From Octopus sinensis (Eukaryota), in contig NC_043001.1 of the NCBI RefSeq assembly GCF_006345805.1, positions 82,150,001 through 82,214,000 of the forward strand: a stretch of 64,000 bases of DNA, read 5' to 3'. Position numbers and translations under genes: made by a program. Positions 12,553-24,663 of this stretch are shown in pieces. Each line of letters opens with the position of its first letter. The first letter of the stretch is position 1. The notes beneath the pieces are model-generated. The model was not told the DNA's origin. It saw only the letters and a program-made list of their open reading frames with translations, and did not search any database.

Positions 12553-13165
12553 ATACATACATACATACATACATACATACATACATACATACATACATAC
12601 ATACATACATACATACGCATTTATACATGTCAATTTTCCGTACAGTTTCCGTTGTGAAATTTCTCTTACAAAACCAGCGGAAATTATGGTAGAAGAACGA
12701 TCACTCAGATGACTTCCAGCCCAATCGAAGCTGGTACCACGAAGTTCTGAAGCTGATTTAAGTAGACAGTTGTACCCGTGTCCACGGAGATATTACGTTC
12801 AATGACAACAATCAGCTCACGCTTGCAAACACATGTTATGTTTTACTGGAGGAGGGCGAAGGATATGAGCGGGAGTCTGTAGCGAAAGCCTGTTGTGAAA
12901 CACGAGATTACAAAAGTGATTGACACCCTGAAATCAAATATACGGTTGACTCCACCCCGAAAGAAAATCTGATTTACTGAATTAGATAATGAAGTATAAT
13001 ATTAAATAAACATTATGAAACTGTAATACAATACTAAAATCATGACAATTCATTATCCTCTTCAAAAGAGTATCTGGTTTCTGGGATTATACGGATGAAA
13101 GTGTGTGTGTGTATATGTATATACATGTGCATATATGATATGTACATACATATATGTATATACAC

Positions 13166-13470
13166 AGTGGTTAGAGTGTCGAGCTCATAGTCATGCCCGG
13201 ACCGAGCAGTGGGTTGTGTTCTTGAGCAAGGCACTTTATTTCACGGTGCTCCAGTTCACTCACCTGTACAAATGAATTGCAATGTCACTGGTGCCAATCT
13301 GTATCAGCCTTTGCCTTTCCCTTGGATAACAGCGGTGGCATGGAGAGAGCAGGGTGGTATGCATGTGTGACTTCTATAAACAACCTTGCCCAGACTTGTG
13401 CCACAAAGAGTAACTTTCTAGGTGCAATCCCATGGTCATTCATGACCGAAAGAGGTCTTTACCCTTTATA
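13166..13470 (+). mobile_element. SINE, family A head with an alternative 3' tail
   Basis: TTGTGTTCTTGAGCAAGGCACTTTATTTCACGGTGCTCCAGTTCACTCA central block; tail differs from the other A copies. Confidence 0.7.
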
Positions 13471-13600
13471 TATACATACATGCATATAAATATACATGCT
13501 TATATATTTAAAAACTTTTGTAAATATTACTTGATACAGATGCAAGAATTTGAAAAAGATATATCTTTAAATTTATTAACTATTAAAGTATGATTAATTA

Positions 13601-14010
13601 GGCGCTAGCGTAGCTGTGTAGTAAGAAGTTTGCTTCCCAACCACATGGCTCCGGGTTCAGTCCCAATGCGTGGCACTTTGGACAAGTGCCTTCTACTATA
13701 GCCTCGGGCCGACCATGGTCTTGTGAGAGGATTTGATAGACGGGAACTGAAAAAGCCCGTCATGTATGTATGTATGTATGTGTGTGTGTGTGTGTGTGTG
13801 TGTGCGTATGTGCTTGTCCCTCTTACCACCGCTTGACGACCAGTGCAAGTGTGTTTGTGTCACCGTAACTGATTGGTTCGGCAAAAGGGACCGATAGAAT
13901 AAGTATCAGCCTTAAAAAAACAAGTATTGTGGTCGATACATTCAGCTAAATATTCTTCATGGCGGTACTTCAACATGGACGTAGTCTAATAACTGAAGCA
14001 AGGAAAAGAC
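13601..14010 (+). mobile_element. SINE family B
   Basis: Family B head and body. Confidence 0.9.
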
Positions 14011-14204
14011 GAAAGATAACTCTATCCGATTCAAAAAACCCTTTTTATTTGAGAGGCTGTCACCAACCATTGTAAAAGAACTTTGTACATAGTGTGTGAT
14101 CTATGTCTAGTTTGTATTTTATGGGTAAGCCTTCCAGATTGAAACAACTGAATGATAGAAGATATATTACTCTTATTCTTTAATTCTTTAACTTGCTTCA
14201 GTCA

Positions 14205-14413
14205 TTTGCAGCCATAAAGGGTTTATGTCGAAGAAATTGACTCCGGAATATATTTTTTAAACCTAGTAGTTATTGAATCGGTTTCTTTTGCCGAATCGCT
14301 AGATTATGAGGACGCAAATGAAACAACACCGGTTGTGAAGCGGTTAGTGGGGGGAGACAAACAGATACAAAGACACACACGCATAGATATATACATACAT
14401 GCATATATACATG

Positions 14414-14479
<66 letters not shown>

Positions 14480-14652
14480 TATATATATATATATATACAA
14501 CGGGCTTCTTTCAGTTTCCGTCTACCAACTCCACTCATAAAGCTTTGGTCGGCCAGAGGGTATGGTAGAAGACACTTACCCAAGGTTCCGTGTAGTAGGA
14601 CTGACCCGGAACTATGTGGTTGAAAAGCAAGCTTCTTATAACACAGTCACGC
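14205..14652 (-). mobile_element. SINE family B with expanded internal (TA)n
   Basis: Family B motifs on the minus strand. Confidence 0.85.
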
Positions 14653-14759
14653 CTATATATATATATATATATAATATATATATATTATATATATATATAT
14701 ATATAATATATATATATATATATTATATATATATATATATATTATATATATATATGTAT

Positions 14760-14815
<56 letters not shown>

Positions 14816-16564
14816 TGAGAGAGAGAGAGAGAGATACATATATACATGCATAAAAGTATGTTATGTGCAACTGTGGGTTGTGTATACATATAAATAGTTG
14901 AATTAAAATATATAATTGCGTATATAAATACGTTTGTGTTTGTACGTATGCGTACGCAAGCGTGACAGAATAGACTTGTATATACATATAATATACATGT
15001 TTTCATATATCTGTATGAAAGGACGTGCATGATTCGAATCTCAATGGCCTAGTATAAAATTGAAATCTATTCTGTTAGACCTGTTAATATTCATAACTAA
15101 ATAACTGTGGTCGTTTGTTGGCCTATAAAACAGAAAATTGACTTTCCGTTTCATGTCACTGGCGTGTGCTCTGCTGATAGGCAAGTTATAAAACTAAAAG
15201 TGTTGAGGAAGTATGATCGAACGATTAAGAAGTTCGCTTCGCAACCAGGAAGTTCAGGTTTTGATCCTACTGTGTGGCATCTTGGGCAAATGTCATTTTC
15301 TATTTCTCGGGTTAACTGATATCCTGTTTGTGGAATTGGGTACACGGAAACTATAGAGAAGCCCACCGGATGGTGTGTACATGAATTTCAAAATGTACGG
15401 CTTTGTTTCAAACGCGAACGTACACACACACACACACACACACACACGCGCGCATACACACACACACGCGCGCGCGCGCGCTGTACCACGGAGATTCCAC
15501 TAGAGAGTTACATTAAGGGTATACGTGCCTGTGGATTGGTCAGTCATACAAACGTTAATTCAGGAGCAGGCAATTCAGTTGATCGAATAACTGAATGCTC
15601 GTCGCCGAATGACGGAGATCCACAGCTGTCAAACTGCCAATAAAAGTAAATATTTTACCATGTTACGCATGTTAGTCATATCACTCAGCCTATTTCTTAG
15701 CCCGTAAGAGTGACGAGGAGCATCTAGTCACCCAGGATAATAGATGACTTCTACGGCAGCTTTGCTATAAGTGAAAAAGTGTTGAGCACTCTCAACCCCA
15801 ATCCCTCGTCCGTGACCATCTTCTTTCCAGTGGTCAAGACGTCTGGGGATGGAAACAGATGCAAAGGATGACCAAGATGTCTTACTTGCTTCATCTTGCT
15901 CCCTACACTCCACGATGCGTTGCTGCATCCACCTTCTCTTTCGTTGAACCATAAACTTTTCTTCCGTAGAGTCCGTCGAATCGAGTTTTCACAAGACGTA
16001 GGCTGGCAAAGTCTAGTATGCTAATTAATCCATAGCACCCTAACAAGGGCTACTACTCCGGGTCTGAATTGACCTGGGTACAATAGTGTCTAAGAGGTAG
16101 TTCTACACTCCTTGAAAATCTTGGAACTCCTACACCAGTACCCTACCACTGGAGCTGTTTAAAGTCATATCCGGGACAGTTTATCGTGAATGTAAGTAAA
16201 CACAACTTTGCCTGGAGTTACTTGAACATGTTATCACAAGCTGAAATCCCAGCATAATGTACATACAAGTTTATATATCTTAAGTCCTAAAGGATTTGTA
16301 ATGATCCCCAATTTAATCAATCGCTAATTAGGATGGCGTATCATTTACTCATGATAAATGGATAATGAATATGTCACGCAAGATTAGCTACCTTGTCCAA
16401 TGATACAGCTAAATTAAAACCGTATTATTATTTGATTCAAGCGTTGCACTATGAGAAAGTGAGAGTTGATAAAGCTTGAACAGTGCTGTTAAGGAGTAAG
16501 TCAAAACATACAAAGTGATACCATTGGATTAAAACAAAGATAATGGTATTGTATTGCATGGAAT

Positions 16565-16800
16565 AGGGTGGCGAGCTGGCAGAAACGTTAGCACGCCGGG
16601 CGAAATGCGTAGCCTTATTTCGTCTGCCGTTACGTTCTGAGTTCAAATTCCGCCGAGGTCGAATTTGCCTTTCATCCTTTCGGGGTCGATTAAATAAGTA
16701 CCAGTTACGCACTTGGGTCGACATAATTGACTTAATCCGTTTGTCTGTCCTTGTTTGTCTCCTCCGTGTTTAGCCCCTTGTGGATAGTAAAAGAAATAGG
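16565..16800 (+). mobile_element. SINE family C, young copy
   Basis: GGCGAGCTGGCAGAAACGTTAG ... GAGTTCAAATTCC ... GCCTTTCATCCTTTCGGGGTCGAT ... TAGCCCCTTGTGG ... AAAGAAATA. Confidence 0.92.
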
Positions 16801-17260
16801 TATTGCATTGCATAGATTCTTAAAAGATTTTGTAAAATTTCGTGAGATTTTTTCCCGAAATATTTTAGATCCTTAAACATCCTGCGTAAGGTCATACAAT
16901 ATTTTAATCTTGTTTTCCAGTCACTCCTTACCCACATTGCTCAAAATTTCTTCTACCATTTATCAGCTGAAATAATTAATGGATTGCAATTTGACCGCAA
17001 GACCGTTGATTTTATTGTTCACTATTACAACAACTCGGTCAGTATGGTTACCGTTACTGGCTCAGGAACGAAGAAAAGTCCAATAAGTGTTTGCTAGTGT
17101 TGTTAACCTCTAAGTCCGTCCTGACTCATTAGTAATATGATTAAATGTATTTTAGTCATTGTCAGTTCGTCTTTGCTTCTTTGCAGTTTACCACGGGCAA
17201 TATTATCCATTGTTTTTTTTTTCGTAAATATAGAAGGATAAGATCTGAGGAAGATGTACC

Positions 17261-17281
<21 letters not shown>

Positions 17282-17317
<36 letters not shown>

Positions 17318-17318
17318 A

Positions 17319-17393
<75 letters not shown>

Positions 17394-17405
17394 CTATCCA
17401 TCTCG

Positions 17406-17469
<64 letters not shown>
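17282..17469. repeat. (TCTA)n plus (TA)n microsatellites
   Basis: Direct reading. Confidence 0.95.
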
Positions 17470-17472
<3 letters not shown>

Positions 17473-17673
17473 AGAGTTTCACGAAAAAAACCAACAAAAG
17501 ACGAAGGCAGGTGGTGTACAAAACAACAGATGTATTAGTATAACGCTCAAGAATAGAAAAAGTCTTTTACGTTTCGAGCCTACGCTCTTCTACAGAAAGG
17601 GACACAGGAAAAACAAGGAGAGAAACAAAGAGAGAAAAAAATGTGTGTTGTGGCTAACGATCTATCATGGCGT
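17470..17673 (-). mobile_element. Short PLE-like repeat with a hammerhead-like motif, between (TA)n tracts
   Basis: Minus strand CTTT-CTGTAGA-A-GAGC-GTAG-GCTC-GAAA-CGTA-AAAG at 17599-17564; related copy at 59936-60080. Confidence 0.6.
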
Positions 17674-17893
17674 CTGTATATATATATATATATATATACA
17701 TTTTCACTATAATCAGCAATGAAGCATAAAAAGAAATTGAAAAGACAGAGAAGCAAGAATTAATTTTAAATTTCCATATATATACATATATATATATATA
17801 TATATGCCTTTATTTGCTTCGAGATTCACCGTTCCAAAAGAGAACTACTTACACATACTATGATATATATACATGCATATATATGCACACACA

Positions 17894-17972
<79 letters not shown>

Positions 17973-18237
17973 AATACACACACACACATATATACACGTG
18001 TGTGATTTTATATGTATGTATGTATGTATTTATATACATATACATAAGCTGTGAATCGTGATGTTAGTCGGCAAAACTAAGATTTAAATCTTTCAAAGAA
18101 TAAAAACTTTACACAAGGGGAGAGACGTGTACAACAGCACTAGAACTGACTAGATTGGTTACGATATTTAGCGTGGAACAAAAACAACAAAAATCTACTA
18201 CTACTACAACTACTACTACTATTACTACTACTACTAT

Positions 18238-18272
<35 letters not shown>

Positions 18273-18426
18273 TACTACTACTACTGCTGTATAACAGCAC
18301 AGCCAAAATCTGCAGCTTCCATAGAAGAGCGATCGTTGAGATTAGCGATATTTTCAGAACTTTTCATCAATGCGATAAATGAAGAGAAATTAAAAAAGTA
18401 ATAATAATGATACTATCAAAAACACC

Positions 18427-18459
<33 letters not shown>

Positions 18460-18471
18460 TATAACAACGAC

Positions 18472-18514
<43 letters not shown>

Positions 18515-18889
18515 GTGATGATAATAATAATAATGATGATGATGATAAATTGAGATTGAAGAAGCAAACATGCAGATAAGAATGATAGAAAACGTATCCC
18601 TGATAATAATTATAGATAACGCTATACTTATGACAGAAATATAGGAAACTGCAACATGGTGGCGGTAGGTGGGATAGGGGGTAGGGGGAGATAAATAGGG
18701 TCATATGGGTTTAGGGTTTGAAAGTGTAGAAAAAAAAATTATACGAATCAAATCATGCTCTATGTTAAGGAATTAGGTTAAGTTTGAAGGTTGGGCGAAT
18801 TAAAACGAAGTAAAAAACCATTTTCACTATAATCAGCAATGAGGCATAAAAAGAAATTGAAAAGACAGAGAAGCAAGAATTAATTTTAA

Positions 18890-18917
18890 AATTCCAAATG
18901 TCATCGATCATCATCAT

Positions 18918-18961
<44 letters not shown>

Positions 18962-19151
18962 CCATCATCATTCCCTTCATCACCACCATCGTCGTCGTCC
19001 TTGCGCTCATCGTCATCGATTTCAAACATTGTTATCTTCCTCCTCCTCCTAACCACCATAACCATCACTATAACTACTATTGTCAACGTCACCATCGCAC
19101 ATCCCATCTCCATTATCATCAGTACTCCACCACTCTTATCCCTCTCCTACC

Positions 19152-19185
<34 letters not shown>

Positions 19186-19289
19186 TTCATCCTTTATATC
19201 CTCCATCTTCTCTTTTGGCTCGTCAATATTATCATCATTAATACCAACGCCACGAACAGCAGCATTACAAGAAGCGCTATCAATATTAC

Positions 19290-19371
<82 letters not shown>

Positions 19372-19425
19372 ATTATTATTATTATTATTGTTGTTGTTGC
19401 TATTATTATTATTATTATTATTATT
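18890..19425. repeat. (ATC)n/(ATT)n/(GTT)n compound microsatellite
   Basis: Direct reading. Confidence 0.9.
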
Positions 19426-19977
19426 GAGTGAGAGAGCAGTGCATGCCATCAAGTGACACTGGGGTAAAATATACAAAGCCCAATATACCATCATGACTAC
19501 CCGTCTGATAAAGGTACACCAGGTACATGCATCACAACCATATGTGCGCGACATGGTGATCTCATATCATGATAAACAGCACATGACCTTGCAGGTGGGG
19601 CCCAGTTAGAATTTTCTTCAGGTTGAGTAGCCCATCCCGCTCAAAAGGTCCCTGAATAAGGGTTGTTTAAGGATGTTGAAAGAACCACCCATGTTTCCAG
19701 AGGTGTATTATTCAAACCCCCAACAATCCCTCTCAACACATGGCTATGATGCTCCCCCACTACTTCTGCTCGTGATCAGAGATGCACATAACGTCAGCCG
19801 CTAAGGGACATGCTCAACTGGTTAAGGTCAAACAACTGACAAGCAAATCTGTGGTATTGAGCAGAATATTTGCTGTAGCCCATCTTTTATACCAAGACAA
19901 AACAATGTACATGATAACACTTCCAATCAGTTAAGATCATAAGCCATGAGAGCCACTGCCTGGTACTGCATCAGGGC

Positions 19978-19980
<3 letters not shown>
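19426..19980. mobile_element. ~555-bp non-coding interspersed element inserted in (TTA)n
   Basis: About 95% identical by eye to 53559-54111, with identical ends GAGTGAGAGAGC...CAGGGCATT; both copies flanked by (TTA)n. Confidence 0.9.
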
Positions 19981-20012
<32 letters not shown>

Positions 20013-20016
<4 letters not shown>

Positions 20017-20225
20017 GGTAGTAAGCTGGCATAATCGTTGGTGATCTGGACGACATGCTTGACAGTATTTCGCCCGTTGCTACGTTCTGAGTTCAAATTC
20101 TTCCGAGGTTGACTGTGCCTTTCATCATTTCGGGGTCGATTAAATAAATACCAGTTACGAACTGGGGTCGATGTAATCGACTTAATCCCATCCTCCTAGC
20201 TGCCCTTGTAGCAAAAATTTGAAAT
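20013..20225 (+). mobile_element. SINE family C
   Basis: Family C core motifs. Confidence 0.85.
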
Positions 20226-20267
20226 CATCATCTTCATCATCATCATCATCATCATCATTATTATTAT

Positions 20268-23210
20268 TCTATGTTTGACTTTTGCTTTACATTTGTACAA
20301 GTTGGCTCCAAGTCTCACCCAGAGACCTCAAGAGACAACAGATTGGAAGTTCATGTTGTTGTTATGCCTAGTGTGCCATATATTTGGTTTTGTATTTAGT
20401 GCTGTACTAGTGAATGTCTAAAAAGAAAAAAACATACGAAAATTATGTTTGTTTTAAAACTTGAGATTACATAGAAAGTATTTTGCGTAGGATATGAGCA
20501 GTTCCCATGAGCACTATCTTTTGAATTTCTGCCATTTTGGATTTCCTGGTATCTGAGTTAGGTAGCAATCATCCCCTTTTACTCTCATTCCCAGGGCACC
20601 TATGAAAACAGGTATTGTTTTAGTCTTCAGGTTCCACATTTTGCTGATTTCTATTTCAAGATCTTTATATTTGCTCAGTTTTTGGTTGGTCTTGAGAGAT
20701 ACGTATATATCGATTGGGACAGTCATATCAATGAGGAGGCATGTTCTTTGTCTGAAGTCTTTCAATATGACGTCTGGCCTATTTGCATCTATCTTTCTGT
20801 CAGTTTGAATGGTGAAGTTCCAGAGAAGTGAGATGTGGTCATTTTCAAGCACTGGAGGTGGTTTGTGTTCCCACCAGTTTTTTTCATGGGGCAAATCTAG
20901 GTTTTTGCAAATTACCCAGTGAATATATTGTGCAGCTCTATCATGCCTGTTGAGATACTCTGTAGGCACTAGAAGACTGCACTTCGAGACAACATGATCA
21001 ATGGTTTCATTTTGTTGTTGACATACACGACATGTTGGGCTCCTGCCGTTCTTTAATATGTTGGCCTGGTAGTTCTTTTATTTCATTGGTTTTATCTAGT
21101 GTGATGTTGCTACTCTTAACTAGTTTTCCTCTTTTCAGGATTACTTTGGCGCATTTCTCTAATCCAAATTTCATATGTATTTCTTTGGTAAATCCATGAC
21201 CTGTCTTTAGTAGTGTTTCCAGCTGTTTGTCATTTGTAGCGTATAGTTTTAGGTCATCCATATATAAAAGGTGGCTGATCGTTTTGCCGTTACATTTATA
21301 TCCGCATCCGGTTGTGTTTAGCATATCCGACAGAGGTGACAAAGCCAAGCAGAAAAGGAGTGGAGAGAGCGTATCTCCCTGGAATATTCCTCTTCTAATG
21401 GGGATGGCTTTGGTTTTCACAAGTACCTCTTTTGTTTGGAGCTGTAGCACTGTTTGCCATTTATTCATAGTGTCCTATGTATTTTATAATTGTTGGTGCA
21501 ACTTTGTTCATGGCTAGTGTTTCGAGGATCCATGTGTGGGGGATGCTATCAAACGCCTTTTTGTAGTCGATCCAGGCAATACTGAGGCCTTTCTTCTTTC
21601 AGTGGCTGTCTTCAGTTATGGCTTTATTGATCATTAGTTGATCTTTACAGCCATATGAACCTTTGCGGCATCCTTTCTGCTCTTCTGGAAACAGGTTGTT
21701 TTCGTCCAGGTGCTTGTTCAGTCTTTGCGATATTACTGCAGTAAATGCTGTGTACATTGTAGGGAGACAGGTTATAGGTCTGTAGTTTTCTGGTTTTGCT
21801 GTCTCATTTGATTTGGGAATTAAGATGGTTTTCCCCTTCGTGAGCCATTCAGGCATTGTCTCTGGCTCTGCCAGCATGTTGTTAACATTTTCAGCCAGCT
21901 TTTTTTGCATTCCTGTTAGATATTTCAACCAGAAGTTTGGGATCTTGTCATGCCCAGGTGCCTGCCAGTTACTTAGTCTTTGCAGTGCCTGGGTGACCTC
22001 TTCAGTTGTTATGGGGGTCCAAAGTTGCTCAGATGCTGAGTTTGTTGTTTTAATACTCCTTTTTTTTGGTTGTTCGTTCGCTGACCATATTTCTCTCCAG
22101 AATTCTTCCACTTCTTTTGCCGTTGGTGCTGCAGTGATTTCTATTTTATTTTTGCCAAGTTCTTGGTAGAACTTTTTGGGATTGGAGTTGAACTGTTTGT
22201 TTTGTTCAAAGAAACGTTGGCGTTTCTCGTACCGGCGGATCCTTTGTGCTTTAGCAAGGATATCTTGCTTTAGCTTTTCTTTTATCTCAGGTAAATCTTT
22301 TTTCTCTGGTGTTGTATTTGTGGAGTATTTTTGTTTTCTTTTTGTTGCTCAGTAGCGTTGATTGTCTACTGATTTCATTAAGAATCGACAGATCTTTTCT
22401 CATTTTTTGTATTTTGTTTTGGATGTTATTTATCCACAGGGTTTGTTTGGGTGGTGGTACTCCTGTTTGGATGGGTTTGAGTGAGTATCCGGCTTCTTTT
22501 GTGGCTGCAGTGGCTGCTGTGTATACTAAGTCATTTAGCTCAGTGATATCGCTTTTTGTTTCAGTGGCTATTAGTTCCGTGACGGCTAGGTTTATGTTGT
22601 TTATAATTGATGTTGCTGTTTTGTCTATTTTGATTTTTGGGAGGTATGGTCGGTGGTCCATTTTGAGCTCTGTGGTTTTCAGTTCTTTGATTATTCTACT
22701 TTTTATAGTTTCATAATCATTAGGCTCCCCTACGTTGTTTCCAGGTTTTGGATTTGTGTCGCTTTCTTTCTCATCCGTATGTTTGTTTGTCGTGTTTAGG
22801 CTTGCTGTTTGTCGTGTATTATTATGTACCTTACGGTCTGGGTTTGTTGTTTTTTGTTTACATCGTTTTTGTTCGAAATGTTACGTTTGTCTTCGTGTTT
22901 TACTGTTTCAGTGTTTATATTATTTGGCATTGTTGTGTGGCTTCTATCTACATTTTCCTGATGTATTTTTTCTTTTAAATGTTCTATTTCTATTTCTGAT
23001 ATTTTTTTTGCGTTGAGAATATATCTCCGTATATTTGCTAGTTTATTAGGGTTCATTGTTGCATCCAGGTCTTTATTTATGTTATTTTTCTTCCATATTT
23101 TGTATGTATGTGTTGTTGTATTTTCATTCTTTGGCTAGAGCACTGCTGTAAAGTAAGCGTGTAGGATAGAAATGTATTCCTCACATGTCCATTTATGTCT
23201 TTTGGGTTTT
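20268..23210 (-). mobile_element. R4/Dong-clade non-LTR retrotransposon (RT + CCHC + restriction-like endonuclease), inactivated
   Basis: N-terminal KRHKWT...NKLANIRRYIL; RT motifs GHDKIPNFWLK, YRPITCLPT, EEQKG, GIFQGDTLSPLLF, HLLYMDDLK; CRVC...H...C knuckle; RPD...ID endonuclease. Both ends abut (TAA)n. Stops, frameshifts and an internal deletion. Confidence 0.93.
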
Positions 23211-23232
23211 ATTATTATTATTATTATTATTA

Positions 23233-23273
<41 letters not shown>

Positions 23274-23274
<1 letters not shown>

Positions 23275-24548
23275 CAGGTCAATAAAAATGAAAGTTTATT
23301 TTACTCTATCTCAAAAAAAACAAAACAAAACAAAAAAACAAATGCAGCGAATCAAAATATGCACCTAAATAATCAGCTCAATTCTGCCATTTTATCGGTA
23401 GCTTATTTATGCCGGCAGCGAATAATGCTGGATTGTAAGAGGTGATGAAATCACTAAAGGCTATTTTTGCATCTTCTGTAGATTTGAAGTTTTTCCTTGC
23501 AAAAAGTTGCGTAATGCCTGGAAAACGTGATAGTCAGTTAGTGCAAGGTCTAGTGAATATGGTGGATGACAGAATACTTCCAAGTTCAGTTCTTGTAACT
23601 TGAGTAGCGTTCTTTGTGCAACATGTCGTCGAGCATTGTCTTGCAAGAGAATTGGCCTGTCTCCATTGACCAATCTCGGTTGTTTAATTGCAAGTTCACT
23701 CATCATTTCATCCAGTTGATTGATGTATACATCTGTTGTAATTGAGTTACCTGATCTCATGAAGCTGTAATGGCTGACACCAGCGCTGGACCATCAAAGA
23801 GATATTAGCTTATTTTTGGTGAATATCCGTTTTTGGATTGTGTTTTGGTACTTCGTCTCTATCCAACCCACCATGCAGAACGTTTGCTACGACTGAAACA
23901 ATCCATTTTTCATCACACGTAACAATACTATACAAAAATGGTTCGCTCTTATGCCGTGACAGCAAAGAACAGCAAGTTTCAAGACGACATGCCATTTGAT
24001 GCTCGTTCAGTTCTTGTGGTATCCACTTGTCCAGCTTCTTTACCTTGCTGATTTGTTTCAGGTGGTCCAATACAGTTGGAATCGAAACATCAAAGCTTGC
24101 TGCTAACTCTGGCGTAGTTTGAGATGTATCCACTTCCACTGCAGTTTCCAACTCATCATTATCCAACTTGGTCTCAGGTCTACTACGAGGCAGATTTCCA
24201 AGAGTAAAGTCACGAGACCGAAACTTCTCAAACCATCGACGTACAATACGCCCATTCGCCACATCTTCACCAAACTCCTCATTGATGTTTCAAACTGTCT
24301 TGGATGCAATGGTTCCACGAAGGAACTCATATTCATAAGCAACATGAATTTTTTTCTATCTATCCATGAGTTCAGAAAAATTGATTTACAAGAGAAAACT
24401 CACAATATAATCAGACACCATGAATTGCATTTCGGAAAGTGGTGATGTAACTCTTCAATGTTGTAAAACAAAGAATTGTCAGGATAGAGTTGATGACTGT
24501 CAAACGTGATACATAAGAAAATCGGACATATCATTCTTAATTATCTGA
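23274..24548 (-). mobile_element. Full-length (~1275 bp) mariner transposon, transposase pseudogenised
   Basis: VRRWFEKF HTH region, WIPQEL, IVTCDEKW (D1), QDNA (D2), HPPYSLDLALTDY (D3). Degenerate TIRs TCAGGTCAATAAAAATG / TCAGATAATTAAGAATG with TA on each side. Confidence 0.92.
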
Positions 24549-24553
24549 TATTA

Positions 24554-24639
<86 letters not shown>

Positions 24640-24663
24640 TATTATTATTATTGTTATTATTAT

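Noticed and set aside
15680-16190. GC-richer block resembling a LINE 5' UTR, with a 74-aa ORF
   Set aside because: Looks repeat-derived, but I could not assign a family or see a ribozyme fold; the ORF has no recognisable motif.
23461-24262. Domesticated SETMAR-like gene
   Set aside because: Stops and frameshifts in the transposase, TIRs present, no SET domain.
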